Shown: positions 1-10,988 of the stretch, piece after piece
How the letters are laid out: the number at the start of each line of letters is the position of its first letter
Numbering within the stretch: the first letter of the stretch is position 1
Assembly: GCA_026004395.1 (NCBI GenBank)
Contig: BPJB01000001.1
Coordinates: 841,226-905,225 of the forward strand
Origin: Patescibacteria group bacterium
GTDB lineage: Bacteria; Patescibacteriota; Microgenomatia; Levybacterales; UBA12049
Direction: 5' to 3'
Length of the DNA stretch: 64,000 bases
The notes under the pieces: model-generated
The model's input: the letters and a program-made list of their open reading frames with translations, nothing else
Databases searched by the model: none
What the model was told of the DNA's origin: nothing
Program-made: the position numbers and the translations under genes

Positions 1-778
1 ATACTTTTCAACTTCCGAGACGATCTGCTTAGCTTGCTCTTCTGTATTAATTAAGGTTTTAGTCGTGGTATATTTTCCATCATAAAGAGAAAATATTTCT
101 TGTGTTTCTATTTTTTGCTGTTTTATCTCGATTAAATCAAAGACCGCATCCACTTTCTCTCCACCGCTCTTAAGCATAACAGCATGTATAGTCCAATATT
201 TTTCTTTCTTAAATTTCTCGATCTCTCTTTCTCTTTCCACGATTAACCTCAGTGCTACGCTCTGTACCCTTCCTGCTGAGAGTCCACGTCTTACTTTCTG
301 CCAGAGAAGAGGTGATAATTTATATCCAACTAGTCTATCAAGAACACGCCGTGCTGTTTGAGCATCAACTAAATTGGTATCAACATCGCGTGGATTATTA
401 AATGCTTCTCTGATCGCCTCCTCAGTAATCTCATGAAAAACCACTCTAACAAATTTGTTATCCGCTTTTTTAGCTCCGTTCAAAATTTCTTTAATATTCG
501 CTGCGATTGCCTCTCCTTCTCGATCCGGATCTGTAGCAAGATACACTTTATCCGCCTTTTTTGCAGCAGATTTAAGCTCTGAGATAATTTGTTTCTTCCC
601 ACTGATGATTTCATATTGTGGGGTAAAATTATGTTCAATATCAACACCAAGTCTATTTTTGGGCAAATCCATTATATGCCCCATTGAAAATTTGATCTCA
701 TATCCATTGCCCAAATATCTACTAATTGTTCGAGCTTTTGTGGGTGATTCAACAATAACTAAGTTTTTCATAACCATT
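1..778 (-). CDS. topA: DNA topoisomerase I, N-terminal (Toprim) part; gene continues beyond the window start
   Basis: Reverse-strand translation from ATG at 778..776 gives [58 protein letters not shown]...[10 protein letters not shown]...[14 protein letters not shown], the canonical TopA N-terminus. It is not in the ORF track because it is truncated by the window edge. The listed plus-strand ORFs 455..799 and 810..1016 are antisense shadows. Confidence 0.85.
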
Positions 779-886
779 AAAAATAGCTACATGGTCTAAA
801 CTACATAGTTTGATGTCTGTAAGACTATGTAACCATGTAACTATTCCATTACAACAACAATTGTATCCTCAATTATACAATTTGTG

Positions 887-2011
887 TCAAGTGGGTAATT
901 TATCCTGTAAAGAATATCTTCCATCTTTAGTAACAAAGATTATCTGCTTTAGTTCCATCAATGTAAGAAGTGTACCAAGTGATCCTGCATCTTTATTGAG
1001 CTTTTCACTCAACTGATCAAATGTCAATTCTTCATTCTCTAAAAAAGCAATTATTTCTTGTTCATCTTTTGTTAGATTACCAAAGCGTGCGGAAGAAATG
1101 GAATTCTTTTTCAGACTAAGATAATCAAGTAACTGATCAGGACTTGTAACAAGAATCGCCCCATCTTTATGAAGTTTGTAAGGACCTTCTGAAAGCTTGG
1201 ATGTAATCGGACCTGGAACAACAAATACTTTTCTTTTTATCAACATTGCTTCTCGTGCAGTAATTAGCGCTCCGCTATCTTCACTTCCTTCAGTGACTAA
1301 CACAGCGTCTGCAAGTCCTGCAATAATTCGATTGCGCGAAGGAAAGGATCCTTTTGAAGGTGGTACTCCAAGTGGATATTCGCTGATGATTGTTCCTCCA
1401 GTATCAAGAATACGATCATAAAGCTTTTTGTTACTAAGTGGATAACAACAATCAACGCCGCATCCTAAAACGGCAATTGTTTTACCATCATTAGCTAAAG
1501 TCACACTATGAGCTATTGCATCCACACCCAAAGCTAAACCTGAGATAACTATACAACCTGCAGACACAAGATCAGCAGTAAACATACGTGTCACTTCCTC
1601 CCCATACACTGTTACTCTCCTCGTCCCCACCACCCCCACCTTTTTACTTCGATGATACGTATCATCGAAGTAATGATTACCTTTGATATAAAGAACGATT
1701 GGAGGATTTGGGAGTTGCTTAAGTAACGCAGGATAAGTTTCTTCATCTCTAGTGACGTAGAATACATTCTTTTCCTGAAGTTTTTTTTCGTAATCTTGAG
1801 GAGAAAATGCACTGCGGAATTGATCAAATTTTTGGACTAGTTTTTCTCCAAGTATAGTTTTCAAATCTTTAAAAGGTGCTTTCCAGGCAATTTGAGCACT
1901 ATCAAATTTATCAATAAGATTTGAAAAACGTTTTGGACCAATCCCTTGAAAAACAGAAAATCCTAACCAATACTGTTTATCATTCATAAAATTTATTTTT
2001 TTTAAAAACAC
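887..2011 (-). CDS. dprA: DNA processing protein DprA (Smf), Rossmann-like DNA-binding domain plus C-terminal wHTH
   Basis: Motifs GIGPKR, VVGTRR and SGLALGVDAIAH; conserved dprA-topA synteny. The first codon of the listed ORF is GTG; an in-frame ATG (MNDKQYW) at 1987 is an alternative start. Confidence 0.85.
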   Translation of the reverse strand: MFLKKINFMNDKQYWLGFSVFQGIGPKRFSNLIDKFDSAQIAWKAPFKDLKTILGEKLVQKFDQFRSAFSPQDYEKKLQEKNVFYVTRDEETYPALLKQLPNPPIVLYIKGNHYFDDTYHRSKKVGVVGTRRVTVYGEEVTRMFTADLVSAGCIVISGLALGVDAIAHSVTLANDGKTIAVLGCGVDCCYPLSNKKLYDRILDTGGTIISEYPLGVPPSKGSFPSRNRIIAGLADAVLVTEGSEDSGALITAREAMLIKRKVFVVPGPITSKLSEGPYKLHKDGAILVTSPDQLLDYLSLKKNSISSARFGNLTKDEQEIIAFLENEELTFDQLSEKLNKDAGSLGTLLTLMELKQIIFVTKDGRYSLQDKLPT

Positions 2012-2105
2012 TAAATTTATAATAACGCGTATTAGATAAAAATGATAATTACACCTCTACTTCTAGATTATTGACGATAGACATAATGCAGCGTAGAGTA
2101 AACTT

Positions 2106-3431
2106 ATGCACAAAAGTATTTTTCTCCTCTTCCTATTTGCAAGTATTATTGCATTTAATTTTCTAATCCAAAACGTCTCTTTTCCCAATACATATATTAA
2201 TTCTCTTTCAGTGGGACTATCAAGCAAGCAAAAAATTCGAGAGATACTTGATCAACAAAAAAAAAGATCAGTTGAACTTATTGTAAAAGATCGCCATTAC
2301 TCCCTACCCTTGAATAGATTAGGATTGACAGTCAACACCACTGAGACACTAAGACGAATATTCACAAGAAATACTCAACCATTTCCTCATAATTACCTTG
2401 CATTCTTTAAATCCTTTTTTACCAAACAAACGTATCTCCCAGCAATAGAATTTAGCAGTAATTTTTATCAATTAACACAACAGATGGTATTTGATCTCAC
2501 AACCAAACAAGATGAGATTTACTTTGACAATGAAAAAAAAGTTTTAGCCATGACAAGCAATCAGGAAAAATATCGAATGGATATACCGCTTTTTCAAATT
2601 AGTCTCATAAAAACATTTGGTGATAAAAAACTATTAATCCAACCACAACTTATAAAAATCACTAGTGATCTAGAATCAGAACAACATATCAATTCTCTAA
2701 ATGATAAACTGGAAATGCTTTATAAAACTCCAGTTACACTTTCAGTTCAAGATATCAACGAAAAATATGATATGACCATCACCAGCAATGATCTGAAAGA
2801 GATTTTGGGAGCAAGTTATAATCCTACAATAAAGGATATTGAGATTAATATCCAAGAAAAAAATTTACAACAAGTTATTGATCTTAAAAATTTTCCAATT
2901 AAGAGTACTGACAAAACAATAAATCTTACCCAAATCAAAAATTCTCTTGAGAGAATATTTCATGATCGCCTCATAGGCATACCATCCAACACGATTCTTG
3001 TTTCAACAACTCTTAAACCAAATACAGATGGAACCATTGCTGACAAATATATTGAAATTGATCTTTCTTCACAAAGAATGTATCTTTGGGAGAAAGGAAA
3101 CTTGATAGCTAATTATGTTGTCTCAACTGGACTCTACTATCCTACACCAACTGGCAAATTTCAAATTTTGAATAAAGCTAAAAATGCTTTTTCTGACATC
3201 TATAATGTCTGGATGCCATATTGGATGGCAATTTACTACGATCCAAAAATCAAAGCTTATATTGGTATCCATGAGCTCCCTTACTGGTATTCAGGAGGGA
3301 GAATTCAACGCAGACCCCGAGAATTTCTAGGAACACCGCGAACAGGAGGTTGTATTTCATTAGATGTAGGTATTGCACAGAAAGTACAGGAATGGGCAGA
3401 TATTGGCATGCCTGTTTACATTTTTAATTAG
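2106..3431 (+). CDS. L,D-transpeptidase (YkuD-domain) with long N-terminal membrane-anchored region
   Basis: N-terminal TM helix; C-terminal IGIHELPYWYSGG...TGGCISLD resembles the YkuD catalytic H...(S/T)xGC[IV] motif. Confidence 0.55.
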   Translation: MHKSIFLLFLFASIIAFNFLIQNVSFPNTYINSLSVGLSSKQKIREILDQQKKRSVELIVKDRHYSLPLNRLGLTVNTTETLRRIFTRNTQPFPHNYLAFFKSFFTKQTYLPAIEFSSNFYQLTQQMVFDLTTKQDEIYFDNEKKVLAMTSNQEKYRMDIPLFQISLIKTFGDKKLLIQPQLIKITSDLESEQHINSLNDKLEMLYKTPVTLSVQDINEKYDMTITSNDLKEILGASYNPTIKDIEINIQEKNLQQVIDLKNFPIKSTDKTINLTQIKNSLERIFHDRLIGIPSNTILVSTTLKPNTDGTIADKYIEIDLSSQRMYLWEKGNLIANYVVSTGLYYPTPTGKFQILNKAKNAFSDIYNVWMPYWMAIYYDPKIKAYIGIHELPYWYSGGRIQRRPREFLGTPRTGGCISLDVGIAQKVQEWADIGMPVYIFN

Positions 3432-5211
3432 ATTGAGATTGACCAAACCATGCCTCAAGAATTTTTTTGGCAATAGGACCTGCTTCTGATGAACCCTCTC
3501 CTTTTTCCTCAACAAGAACAGTCACAATAATCTCTGGATCGTACGCTGGTGCAAACAACGTTATCCAAGCATGAGGAAGTGATTCTTTTCCTCCATGTTG
3601 AGCTGTTCCTGTCTTGCAAGCAATTGTAACTCTCCTATAACTTTTCGCATTGGCCGATGACGTCGCACTAATATCTTCTAAAAAATTTTTTCCATCGACC
3701 TTAAGAGCAGAATTTTTAACTCTAAAATTAAACAATGGCCATGCTGTCCCACCCTCACTACACGCTTTAATCATCCCTTCTCTAATAAGCGAAACTGTCT
3801 TCTGAGTGAGAGAAAGATTAAAAACCACTTCTGAGTTATTGTTCATCAGTAGATGCGGACGGTAGATTTTGCCTTTATTAGCTATCGCTTGAGTCCAGGC
3901 ATTCACCTGCAGTGGAGTCGTCAAAAGATAACCTTGGCCAATCCCATAATGATAGGTATCGCCCAAATACCACGGCTCGCCTATTCTATTTTTCTTCCAC
4001 TCAGGGGTCGGAAGAACGCCTGATGCCTCCCCAGGCAAATCAATGCCTAGTTTTTTCCCTACTCCCATCTGTTCTGCTATATGGGACAAATTGGTAACAC
4101 CAACTTTTTCCGCAAGTTTATAAAAGAAAATATCGTTTGAACGACTGATTCCCTTTATCAGATCAACATCTCCATCTGTTTTACCATACTGTGTATAAAA
4201 CCAATTAGAGAATGAAAAGGATCCAATCTTCACTATTCCTGTATCTTGCACCTTAAATGATTCATCAATAATGTTTTTGTAAAGAGCTGCTACTGCTGTA
4301 ACTATTTTAAATGTTGAACCTGGAGGATATACTCCACTTATTGCTCGATTTAATAAAGGCTGTCTCTTGTTGTCAGTGATTATTTCCTCAACTGTTTGAT
4401 AACTACTCCTGGAGGCTTGATAAGTGTCATCTAGAGTAAAAAGATTGGGATCAAATGATGGTTTAGAAAGAAGTGTAAGAATTTCTCCTTTGGGAGTTGT
4501 GATCACCACTGCCCCACGCTCAACACCTTCCATTGCTTGATACGCTGCTTGTTGCAACTGTGCATCAAGAGTTAAAGTCAAATCTTGTCCGGGTATTGGA
4601 TCTGTTTGCCCTAGCATTCTGATTTCCTGACCTGTTGCATCAACCTCAAACAGTTGCTTTCCATTTACTCCTTTAAGAAATGCTTCATATTCATATTCAA
4701 TTCCTGTTTTTCCTACTAAATCAGTAAGGAGATAATCTCTGTATTTTTCAGATGCAAGCTCATCTTTAGTAATCTGACCTATATAGCCAAGTACATGTGC
4801 AAAAATCTCTTTATAAGGATAATTACGCAAAGAATCAATAGAGATATTATTTGCTCCATTTGCAATAAGATCCAGTGCTTTTTCACGGTTTAAAAGAATT
4901 GTTTTCTCTCCCTTGATCAAACGAAATCCAGGTAGATTATAGACAAGAGGTGTATGGTTCCTATCAAATATTACACCACGGGGTGCATAAATAATTTTCG
5001 TTCGAATCCTATTTGAGTCAGAGAGCATGCGGTAATATGAACCCTTCACTATTTGCAGTGTGAATAATCTAATAAGCAATACCCCACTCAAGATGACAAG
5101 AGAAAAAAGAAGAACTCCTCTACGAAAACTCAGTGAGCCTTCTATAAATGAACGGCGTTTGGGAATATTTTCTGTTCTTATATGATCCGAAAATGCAGCA
5201 CCTGTTTTCAT
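3424..5211 (-). CDS. mrdA: Penicillin-binding protein 2 (elongasome transpeptidase)
   Basis: N-terminal TM anchor; SXXK (STFK), SXN (SRSN) and KTG (KTGTAQ) transpeptidase motifs; lies directly downstream of mreBCD. Confidence 0.85.
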   Translation of the reverse strand: MKTGAAFSDHIRTENIPKRRSFIEGSLSFRRGVLLFSLVILSGVLLIRLFTLQIVKGSYYRMLSDSNRIRTKIIYAPRGVIFDRNHTPLVYNLPGFRLIKGEKTILLNREKALDLIANGANNISIDSLRNYPYKEIFAHVLGYIGQITKDELASEKYRDYLLTDLVGKTGIEYEYEAFLKGVNGKQLFEVDATGQEIRMLGQTDPIPGQDLTLTLDAQLQQAAYQAMEGVERGAVVITTPKGEILTLLSKPSFDPNLFTLDDTYQASRSSYQTVEEIITDNKRQPLLNRAISGVYPPGSTFKIVTAVAALYKNIIDESFKVQDTGIVKIGSFSFSNWFYTQYGKTDGDVDLIKGISRSNDIFFYKLAEKVGVTNLSHIAEQMGVGKKLGIDLPGEASGVLPTPEWKKNRIGEPWYLGDTYHYGIGQGYLLTTPLQVNAWTQAIANKGKIYRPHLLMNNNSEVVFNLSLTQKTVSLIREGMIKACSEGGTAWPLFNFRVKNSALKVDGKNFLEDISATSSANAKSYRRVTIACKTGTAQHGGKESLPHAWITLFAPAYDPEIIVTVLVEEKGEGSSEAGPIAKKILEAWFGQSQSN

Positions 5212-5648
5212 GTAAATAAAGTATCACGTCTTACTGAACTTGAACGAAAAATCTTTGCTGACAAGCTGTATACCAGCGTTACGATAATTATACTCAAAAT
5301 GAGTTGAAGAGTTATATGTGCAATACTAAAAATGACAGAATAAATTAATACTCCCACAAAGACTGCTGACAAAATAAATGGTAATGTACTTGTTTCATAC
5401 TTTCTCTCATAAAGAAATAATAAAAAGAGAAATACTATATAAAAAATCCCTGTTATACCTAGTGGACGAAGAGTAATTAGATCCAAAATCAATCCATTAA
5501 CAATAGCAAGAAAAAAAACTGAAACTTGTTTTCTTGTAGTAGCAAGAAAAATAAGACTAATAAAACTAAAGGGAAGAGAAATCACTGTTCCCTCAAGAAG
5601 AGGAAATACCACAATTATACTGCCTATACTCAGTAATCGTCTTATCAT
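5208..5648 (-). CDS. mreD: Rod shape-determining protein MreD (polytopic membrane protein)
   Basis: 146-aa multi-TM protein overlapping the mreC stop and the mrdA start; call rests on position in a canonical mreBCD operon. Confidence 0.6.
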   Translation of the reverse strand: MIRRLLSIGSIIVVFPLLEGTVISLPFSFISLIFLATTRKQVSVFFLAIVNGLILDLITLRPLGITGIFYIVFLFLLFLYERKYETSTLPFILSAVFVGVLIYSVIFSIAHITLQLILSIIIVTLVYSLSAKIFRSSSVRRDTLFT

Positions 5649-6463
5649 TTTTTAGGTAATATAACAAAAACAGTATCAATTTTTGTAATATCTGATAAAC
5701 TGACAATCTCCGCAGTCTGAAAAAGTGAGCTAGATTTTTTCTCAAATGAAAGAATCTTTCCCACTATTAGACCTGGTGGAATACCCACTCCATCTTCACG
5801 AACACTTCCTTTACTCAAAATTAGATCATCCTTTTCTAACTTATCAGAGATGACGACATTAGTAAGAATCATTCGCCCATTACCTTCTCCTCTTAAGACT
5901 CCTAATGCGTTTGTTTTACTTGTTCGAACAGTAAGAGAAAAGTTTTTCTTTGTTGTTAAATCAACAAGTGCCGTGTGTCTACTAGCAAATGAAACTTTAC
6001 CAAGAAGCATTGTTTTTACTATAACTGCACTTCCTTTTTTGACACCATCTTTTTCTCCTTTATCAATCACAATCTGCTCTGGGAGAGAAAATCCTGGAAT
6101 ATAGGACTTAAGACCAATAACTTGCGCTGGAAGAAGCGAATTAGAAGAGGGATCTGTCACCTGAAATTGATCATGCAGGGCAGTAATTTCTTTTTCTTGT
6201 AATTTGTATTTAACAATTTCTGAAGTTAAACGACGATTCTCATCCAAAAGCTGTCTAATCTGCTGATCTCTGTCACCTTTTAACACGCCGTAAAAAGTAT
6301 ATGTTCCTCTTTGCAAAGGATGTAAAGAGGATTGCAAGATGCCAGTCATTTTTTGACCAAAGTCTGTTTGAAAAAACGCGTACAATGTTATGAGTAAAAG
6401 TAATAAACCAATGAAAAAAATTGTAAGATTTTTTCTCTTTGTCATGGGATCATTGTAACACAA
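5645..6463 (-). CDS. mreC: Rod shape-determining protein MreC
   Basis: N-terminal TM, coiled-coil segment (LDENRRLTSEIVKYKLQEKE) then beta-rich domain; sits between mreB and mreD. Confidence 0.75.
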   Translation of the reverse strand: MCYNDPMTKRKNLTIFFIGLLLLLITLYAFFQTDFGQKMTGILQSSLHPLQRGTYTFYGVLKGDRDQQIRQLLDENRRLTSEIVKYKLQEKEITALHDQFQVTDPSSNSLLPAQVIGLKSYIPGFSLPEQIVIDKGEKDGVKKGSAVIVKTMLLGKVSFASRHTALVDLTTKKNFSLTVRTSKTNALGVLRGEGNGRMILTNVVISDKLEKDDLILSKGSVREDGVGIPPGLIVGKILSFEKKSSSLFQTAEIVSLSDITKIDTVFVILPKK

Positions 6464-6515
6464 AAGAAGGACTTCTCAGAGTCTAGAAAGCCAAATACAA
6501 GGCAATCTTTCGACC

Positions 6516-7682
6516 TTATTTAAGACCGCCAATAATTCTTACTCTCTGTAGTAATTCCTCGTTCTCAAGGACCACTCCTGCACCGCGAACTACTGATGTA
6601 AGGGGATCATCTGAGAGAATTACCGGCATGCGTGTTCTCTCTACGATAAATTGATCAAGACCTGCTAATTTAGATCCTCCACCTGTAACAAGAATTCCTC
6701 TTTCAAGAATATCAGAAATTAGCTCTGGTGGAGCTTCCTCAATGACATCCACAATTGCTTGGATAATCTGCGTGAGAACAGGTGCAAGAGCCTCTCTCAC
6801 TTCTGATTCAGTTATTTTAATACTTTTGGGAAGACCAGTTTCTATATCCCGTCCTCTAACAATTGCAACTTTCTCTCCTCTCTCTTCATTAATCTCTCCA
6901 TCATGGATCTCTTCTTGATGGTGTTTGGATTTTTGAGATTTATTCTTAGAGTTTGCATATGCACTTCCAATAGCAATTTTCAATTCTTCTGCTGTTCTTT
7001 CTCCTAGAATAATTCCGTGCCTTAGACGAATATAGTGAAGGATTGCCTGATCCATATCCTCTCCTGCAAGTTTAAGTGATTTTCCTACAACAATTCCACC
7101 CAGCGATATAACAGCAATTTCTGTTGTTCCCCCTCCGATATCAACAACCATCACTCCATTTGATGAAGAGACTGATATACCCTCCCCTATGGCTGCAGCC
7201 ATAGGTTCTTCGATAAGATATGCTTCTCTGGCACCTGCGCTAAGAGCTGCTTCCCACACCGCACGGCGCTGTACCTCAGTAACTGATGAAGGAATCCCTA
7301 TAACCACTCTGGGTCGTGCTAAAATAGATTGCAAAATATTTCCCATCTCATGAACTTGTTTGATGTAGTACGCAATCATTGCTTCGGTAGCATCAAAATC
7401 GGCAATAATACCTCCACGAAGTGGTCTTACTGTAACAATTGATGATGGTGTTTTACCTACCATTTTTTTTGCTTCTGATCCAATAGCGATAATCTGTTTG
7501 GATTTTTTTTGCATAGCGACAACAGATGGTTCACGAATAACAATGCCTTTTCCCTTGACAAACACCAAAGTATTGGCTGTACCCAAATCAATACCAATAT
7601 CGTGAGAAAAAATACTGAAAAAACTATCTATCATAAACACTCTTATTCTAGCAATTTGACCAAGAAAAACGCTAGTACTCAT
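6516..7682 (-). CDS. mreB: Actin-like rod-shape protein MreB (likely start at 7634, MIDSFF...)
   Basis: DIGIDLGTANTLVFVKGKGIVIREPSVVA, GGGTTEIAV and GGGSKLAGLD phosphate/adenosine motifs. Carries a ~25-aa insert (NSKNKSQKSKHHQEEIHDGEINEERGEK) before the VRGRD segment. Confidence 0.9.
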   Translation of the reverse strand: MSTSVFLGQIARIRVFMIDSFFSIFSHDIGIDLGTANTLVFVKGKGIVIREPSVVAMQKKSKQIIAIGSEAKKMVGKTPSSIVTVRPLRGGIIADFDATEAMIAYYIKQVHEMGNILQSILARPRVVIGIPSSVTEVQRRAVWEAALSAGAREAYLIEEPMAAAIGEGISVSSSNGVMVVDIGGGTTEIAVISLGGIVVGKSLKLAGEDMDQAILHYIRLRHGIILGERTAEELKIAIGSAYANSKNKSQKSKHHQEEIHDGEINEERGEKVAIVRGRDIETGLPKSIKITESEVREALAPVLTQIIQAIVDVIEEAPPELISDILERGILVTGGGSKLAGLDQFIVERTRMPVILSDDPLTSVVRGAGVVLENEELLQRVRIIGGLK

Positions 7683-7900
7683 TTTAACTTAAAAATATAC
7701 AATTCTCTCTGAAGATTTTTAGATTTTTAATAATCTTAAAAACTGCTCTTGCCGAGTTTAGTAACAATATGCTAGGATTAAAAAAACTTTGATTATCAAT
7801 TTACTCCCTAATATCTAAAAAAATGTTGTCTACGCTAGATCGTTAATTTGATAACTCATATTAGATATTAGGATAGGAGAGAAATTATTTTATTTTTCCG

Positions 7901-10282
7901 ATGAGGCTTATAAGTATCTGCAATAAAATTATTGAGTATTCCTTTTATGCGCTATTTCTTTTTGTACCTCTTATCTTTACCAACATTACCTCAGAGTTAT
8001 TTGAACTTAATAAAATATGGTTAACCTGGGGACTAACTATTCTCGTAGCTTGCGCATGGTTTACAAAGATGGCACTTACGCGCACATTTAAGATTCAGAG
8101 AACTCCCTTTGACATTCCACTATTTATTTTTCTTGTTTCACAACTTATTTCCACTATCTTTTCTCTGGATACTCGTGTATCTTTCTGGGGATACTACTCC
8201 CGTTTTAATGGAGGATTTCTTTCTCTTTTTTCCTATATTTTCCTTTATTTTGCCTTTGTTTCCAATCTTGAAAAACGTCATGCTCTAAGAATTATCTATA
8301 TCAGTCTTATAGCCGGCATGGCAGTTGTCTTGTGGGGGTTGCCTTCGCATTTTGGACATGATCTAACCTGTCTTATATTTAGAGGAACATACAATGTTTC
8401 CTGTTGGACAGATGCATTTCGCCCAACGATCCGAGCATTTTCATCACTTGGACAGCCAGCATGGCTTGCTGCTTATCTTGCACTTCTTATCCCACTTTCA
8501 ACGGCACTTTTACTCAGCGTTGTCCCTATTAAAAAAATTCCTTTCAAAACAGTTTTATTGATTAGTCTTATTGTGTTTTCTGCAGGATTTGTCGTCTTTG
8601 CAGCCTCAAGCGCATCTGTTCTTTTTTATATTCTTAGCATATGCATAGCAATTTTGGTTATTAGCCTACTATTCTATAAAAACAGACAAGATAATGATCG
8701 CTTTTCTGCTCTTATTGCAACAGCTTGGGGCATCGTTAGTTCTCTTTTTTATCTTATGCTCATCTTTGCTAATACAAGAGCAGGAATTATCGGCTTTTGG
8801 GCAGGAAATATCTTTTTTTGGGTAGTGTTATTCTTCCAAAAATATATTTCTAGATCAACACTCATCCGCTATGCTATTGGTCTCAATAGCATTTTTCTTC
8901 TAATTAGCTTTATTTTTGGAACAACAGTTGCACAGTTAGATAAATACACATTACCTGAACTTTTGAAAAAAAAGCCTCAATCTCTAAACACTCAACAAAA
9001 ACAAACTCCGGCAAATCAACCTTCTGAAAATATTCTCATTACAGATTCAGGTAAAATTCGTCTGTATGTTTGGCAAGGTGCAATTGATGCATGGAAAGCA
9101 AATCCCATTTTTGGAACGGGAGTTGAGACATTTGCTTTTGCCTACTACAAACATCGCCCAGCAGGACACAATTTGACATCAGAATGGGACTATCTTTACA
9201 ACAAGGCTCATAACGAATACCTGAACTATCTCACAACAACTGGTATTGTAGGTTTGGGTAGTTATATTTTATTTATTGCAACGTTTTTATTTCTTGTTAT
9301 TAAAAATATTTGTATTAAAAGTGAAAAATCAACAACTCTTCCACTAAGAGATAATCTTCTCTCTATGGCTCTTGTTGCTGGATTTATCACAATTCTGATT
9401 ACTAACTTTTTTGGTTTTTCTGTCGTAATTATTAATCTTTATTTTTTCTTCATTCCACTGCTGTATATTTTTCTTCGGGAAGCTATACCTCAAAAATATC
9501 TCTTAATTCCATTTGGTAAAGATAAAAAATATGCTGCTAATGATATTGGTCCCTATCAATGGACATTCATTGCACTTTTTGTCATCACTGGCTTCTATCT
9601 TTTATTACTTCTTTTGAGATTCTATCAAGCAGATGTTGCTTATGCGCTAGGATATAACTTCAACCGGGCGGGAGAAGTACAACAAGCATATTTGAAATTA
9701 ACTGAAGCGGTAAAAATGAGGCCTAGTGAACCAGTATTTAAGGATGAGTATGCAGTAAATTTGGCTACACTAGGAAGTGCGCTTATCCAAAATAATCAAG
9801 CAACTGCCGGAGCTCAACTTATTCAGCAGGCAATTTCTCTTAGTGATGAGATCACTACTAACCATCCAAATAATGTAGTTTACTGGAAAAGTAGAGTTAG
9901 GATATTTTATCTATTAAGCCAACTTGACCCTCAGTATCTTAAAGAAGCCTTAAGGTCCATAGAAAAAGCACATGAACTTGCTCCAACTGATGCTAAGATT
10001 AGCTATAACTTAGGCGTTATTGCGGGACAGAATAATCAACTGCAAAAAGCAGTCAATATACTCACCCAAACAATAAAAATGAAGCCTAACTACCGCGATG
10101 CTTACTTTGCCAGAGGTCTTTTTTATTATCAATTAGCAACGGATTCTACAGGAAAAGTAACTAATCCAAGTTACTATGAAAAAGCAGTATCAGATCTGCG
10201 ACATATTCTCCAATACATAGATAAGAATGATCAGACTGTGATAAAGACACTAGAAAGCTGGGGAGAAAAAATAAATTTCTGA
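7901..10282 (+). CDS. O-antigen ligase/polymerase-like (Wzy_C) polytopic membrane protein with C-terminal TPR repeats
   Basis: More than 10 TM helices; NKAHNEYLNYLTTTGIVGL resembles the Wzy_C signature; the C-terminal ~250 aa show TPR-like repeats (AYALGYNFNRAGEVQQAYLKLTEAV...DAYFARGLFYYQL). Confidence 0.6.
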   Translation: MRLISICNKIIEYSFYALFLFVPLIFTNITSELFELNKIWLTWGLTILVACAWFTKMALTRTFKIQRTPFDIPLFIFLVSQLISTIFSLDTRVSFWGYYSRFNGGFLSLFSYIFLYFAFVSNLEKRHALRIIYISLIAGMAVVLWGLPSHFGHDLTCLIFRGTYNVSCWTDAFRPTIRAFSSLGQPAWLAAYLALLIPLSTALLLSVVPIKKIPFKTVLLISLIVFSAGFVVFAASSASVLFYILSICIAILVISLLFYKNRQDNDRFSALIATAWGIVSSLFYLMLIFANTRAGIIGFWAGNIFFWVVLFFQKYISRSTLIRYAIGLNSIFLLISFIFGTTVAQLDKYTLPELLKKKPQSLNTQQKQTPANQPSENILITDSGKIRLYVWQGAIDAWKANPIFGTGVETFAFAYYKHRPAGHNLTSEWDYLYNKAHNEYLNYLTTTGIVGLGSYILFIATFLFLVIKNICIKSEKSTTLPLRDNLLSMALVAGFITILITNFFGFSVVIINLYFFFIPLLYIFLREAIPQKYLLIPFGKDKKYAANDIGPYQWTFIALFVITGFYLLLLLLRFYQADVAYALGYNFNRAGEVQQAYLKLTEAVKMRPSEPVFKDEYAVNLATLGSALIQNNQATAGAQLIQQAISLSDEITTNHPNNVVYWKSRVRIFYLLSQLDPQYLKEALRSIEKAHELAPTDAKISYNLGVIAGQNNQLQKAVNILTQTIKMKPNYRDAYFARGLFYYQLATDSTGKVTNPSYYEKAVSDLRHILQYIDKNDQTVIKTLESWGEKINF

Positions 10283-10290
10283 TCAAGCAT

Positions 10291-10848
10291 ATGTTGAAGA
10301 TTATCCAAGCACCTCATCCTGTCTTATCCAAAAAGGCTAAATCTATCGAAAAAATAGATGCTGCGATAAAACGTCTTATAGACGAGATGGCAAAAACTCT
10401 TGAGAATGCCAAAGATCCCGAAGGAGTGGGACTTGCTGCCCCACAAGTAGGAAAATCACTTAGACTTTTTATTGTCAAAGAATCAAATTCTGCTCCTCTT
10501 CGAGTTTTTATCAATCCTGAGGTAAAAATTATCAACTCTGAGGAAAAGCTTAAAACAAAACAAACAAAGAAAAAATCACAAGAGATAAAACTTGAAGGAT
10601 GTTTATCACTTAAAGACATTTGGGGGGTTGTGAAAAGGCATGATAAAATAGAAGTCTCCTATCTAGATGAGAAAGGAGAAAAGCACACTGAAATCTTTAA
10701 AGGTTTTATAGCCACTATTATTCAGCATGAGCAAGATCATCTGGAAGGCATTCTTTTCCCTCAACGAGTTCTCGAACAAAACGGTACAATCTATAAATCA
10801 AAAATAAATAAAAAAGGTGAGATGGAGTTTCATGAAATTTCAATCTGA
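10291..10848 (+). CDS. def: Peptide deformylase
   Basis: GVGLAAPQVG, EGCLS and QHEQDHLEG motifs; a ~12-aa Lys-rich insert precedes EGCLS. Confidence 0.9.
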   Translation: MLKIIQAPHPVLSKKAKSIEKIDAAIKRLIDEMAKTLENAKDPEGVGLAAPQVGKSLRLFIVKESNSAPLRVFINPEVKIINSEEKLKTKQTKKKSQEIKLEGCLSLKDIWGVVKRHDKIEVSYLDEKGEKHTEIFKGFIATIIQHEQDHLEGILFPQRVLEQNGTIYKSKINKKGEMEFHEISI

Positions 10849-10988
10849 GCTAGGTAATGAGTTTTGATCAAAGGTGCACAACTGTTGGTCTAGGTTGATT
10901 AATAAAGTTAAAAATTTTTTATTTTATTTCTTTATTAGAATACAGATCTAATAATTCGTGAAATAATATTCTATGCTACAATTGCAGC

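Noticed and set aside
455-1016. Plus-strand ORFs 455..799 and 810..1016
   Set aside because: Antisense to the topA N-terminus and dprA C-terminus, which have unambiguous conserved motifs on the minus strand; frame shadows.
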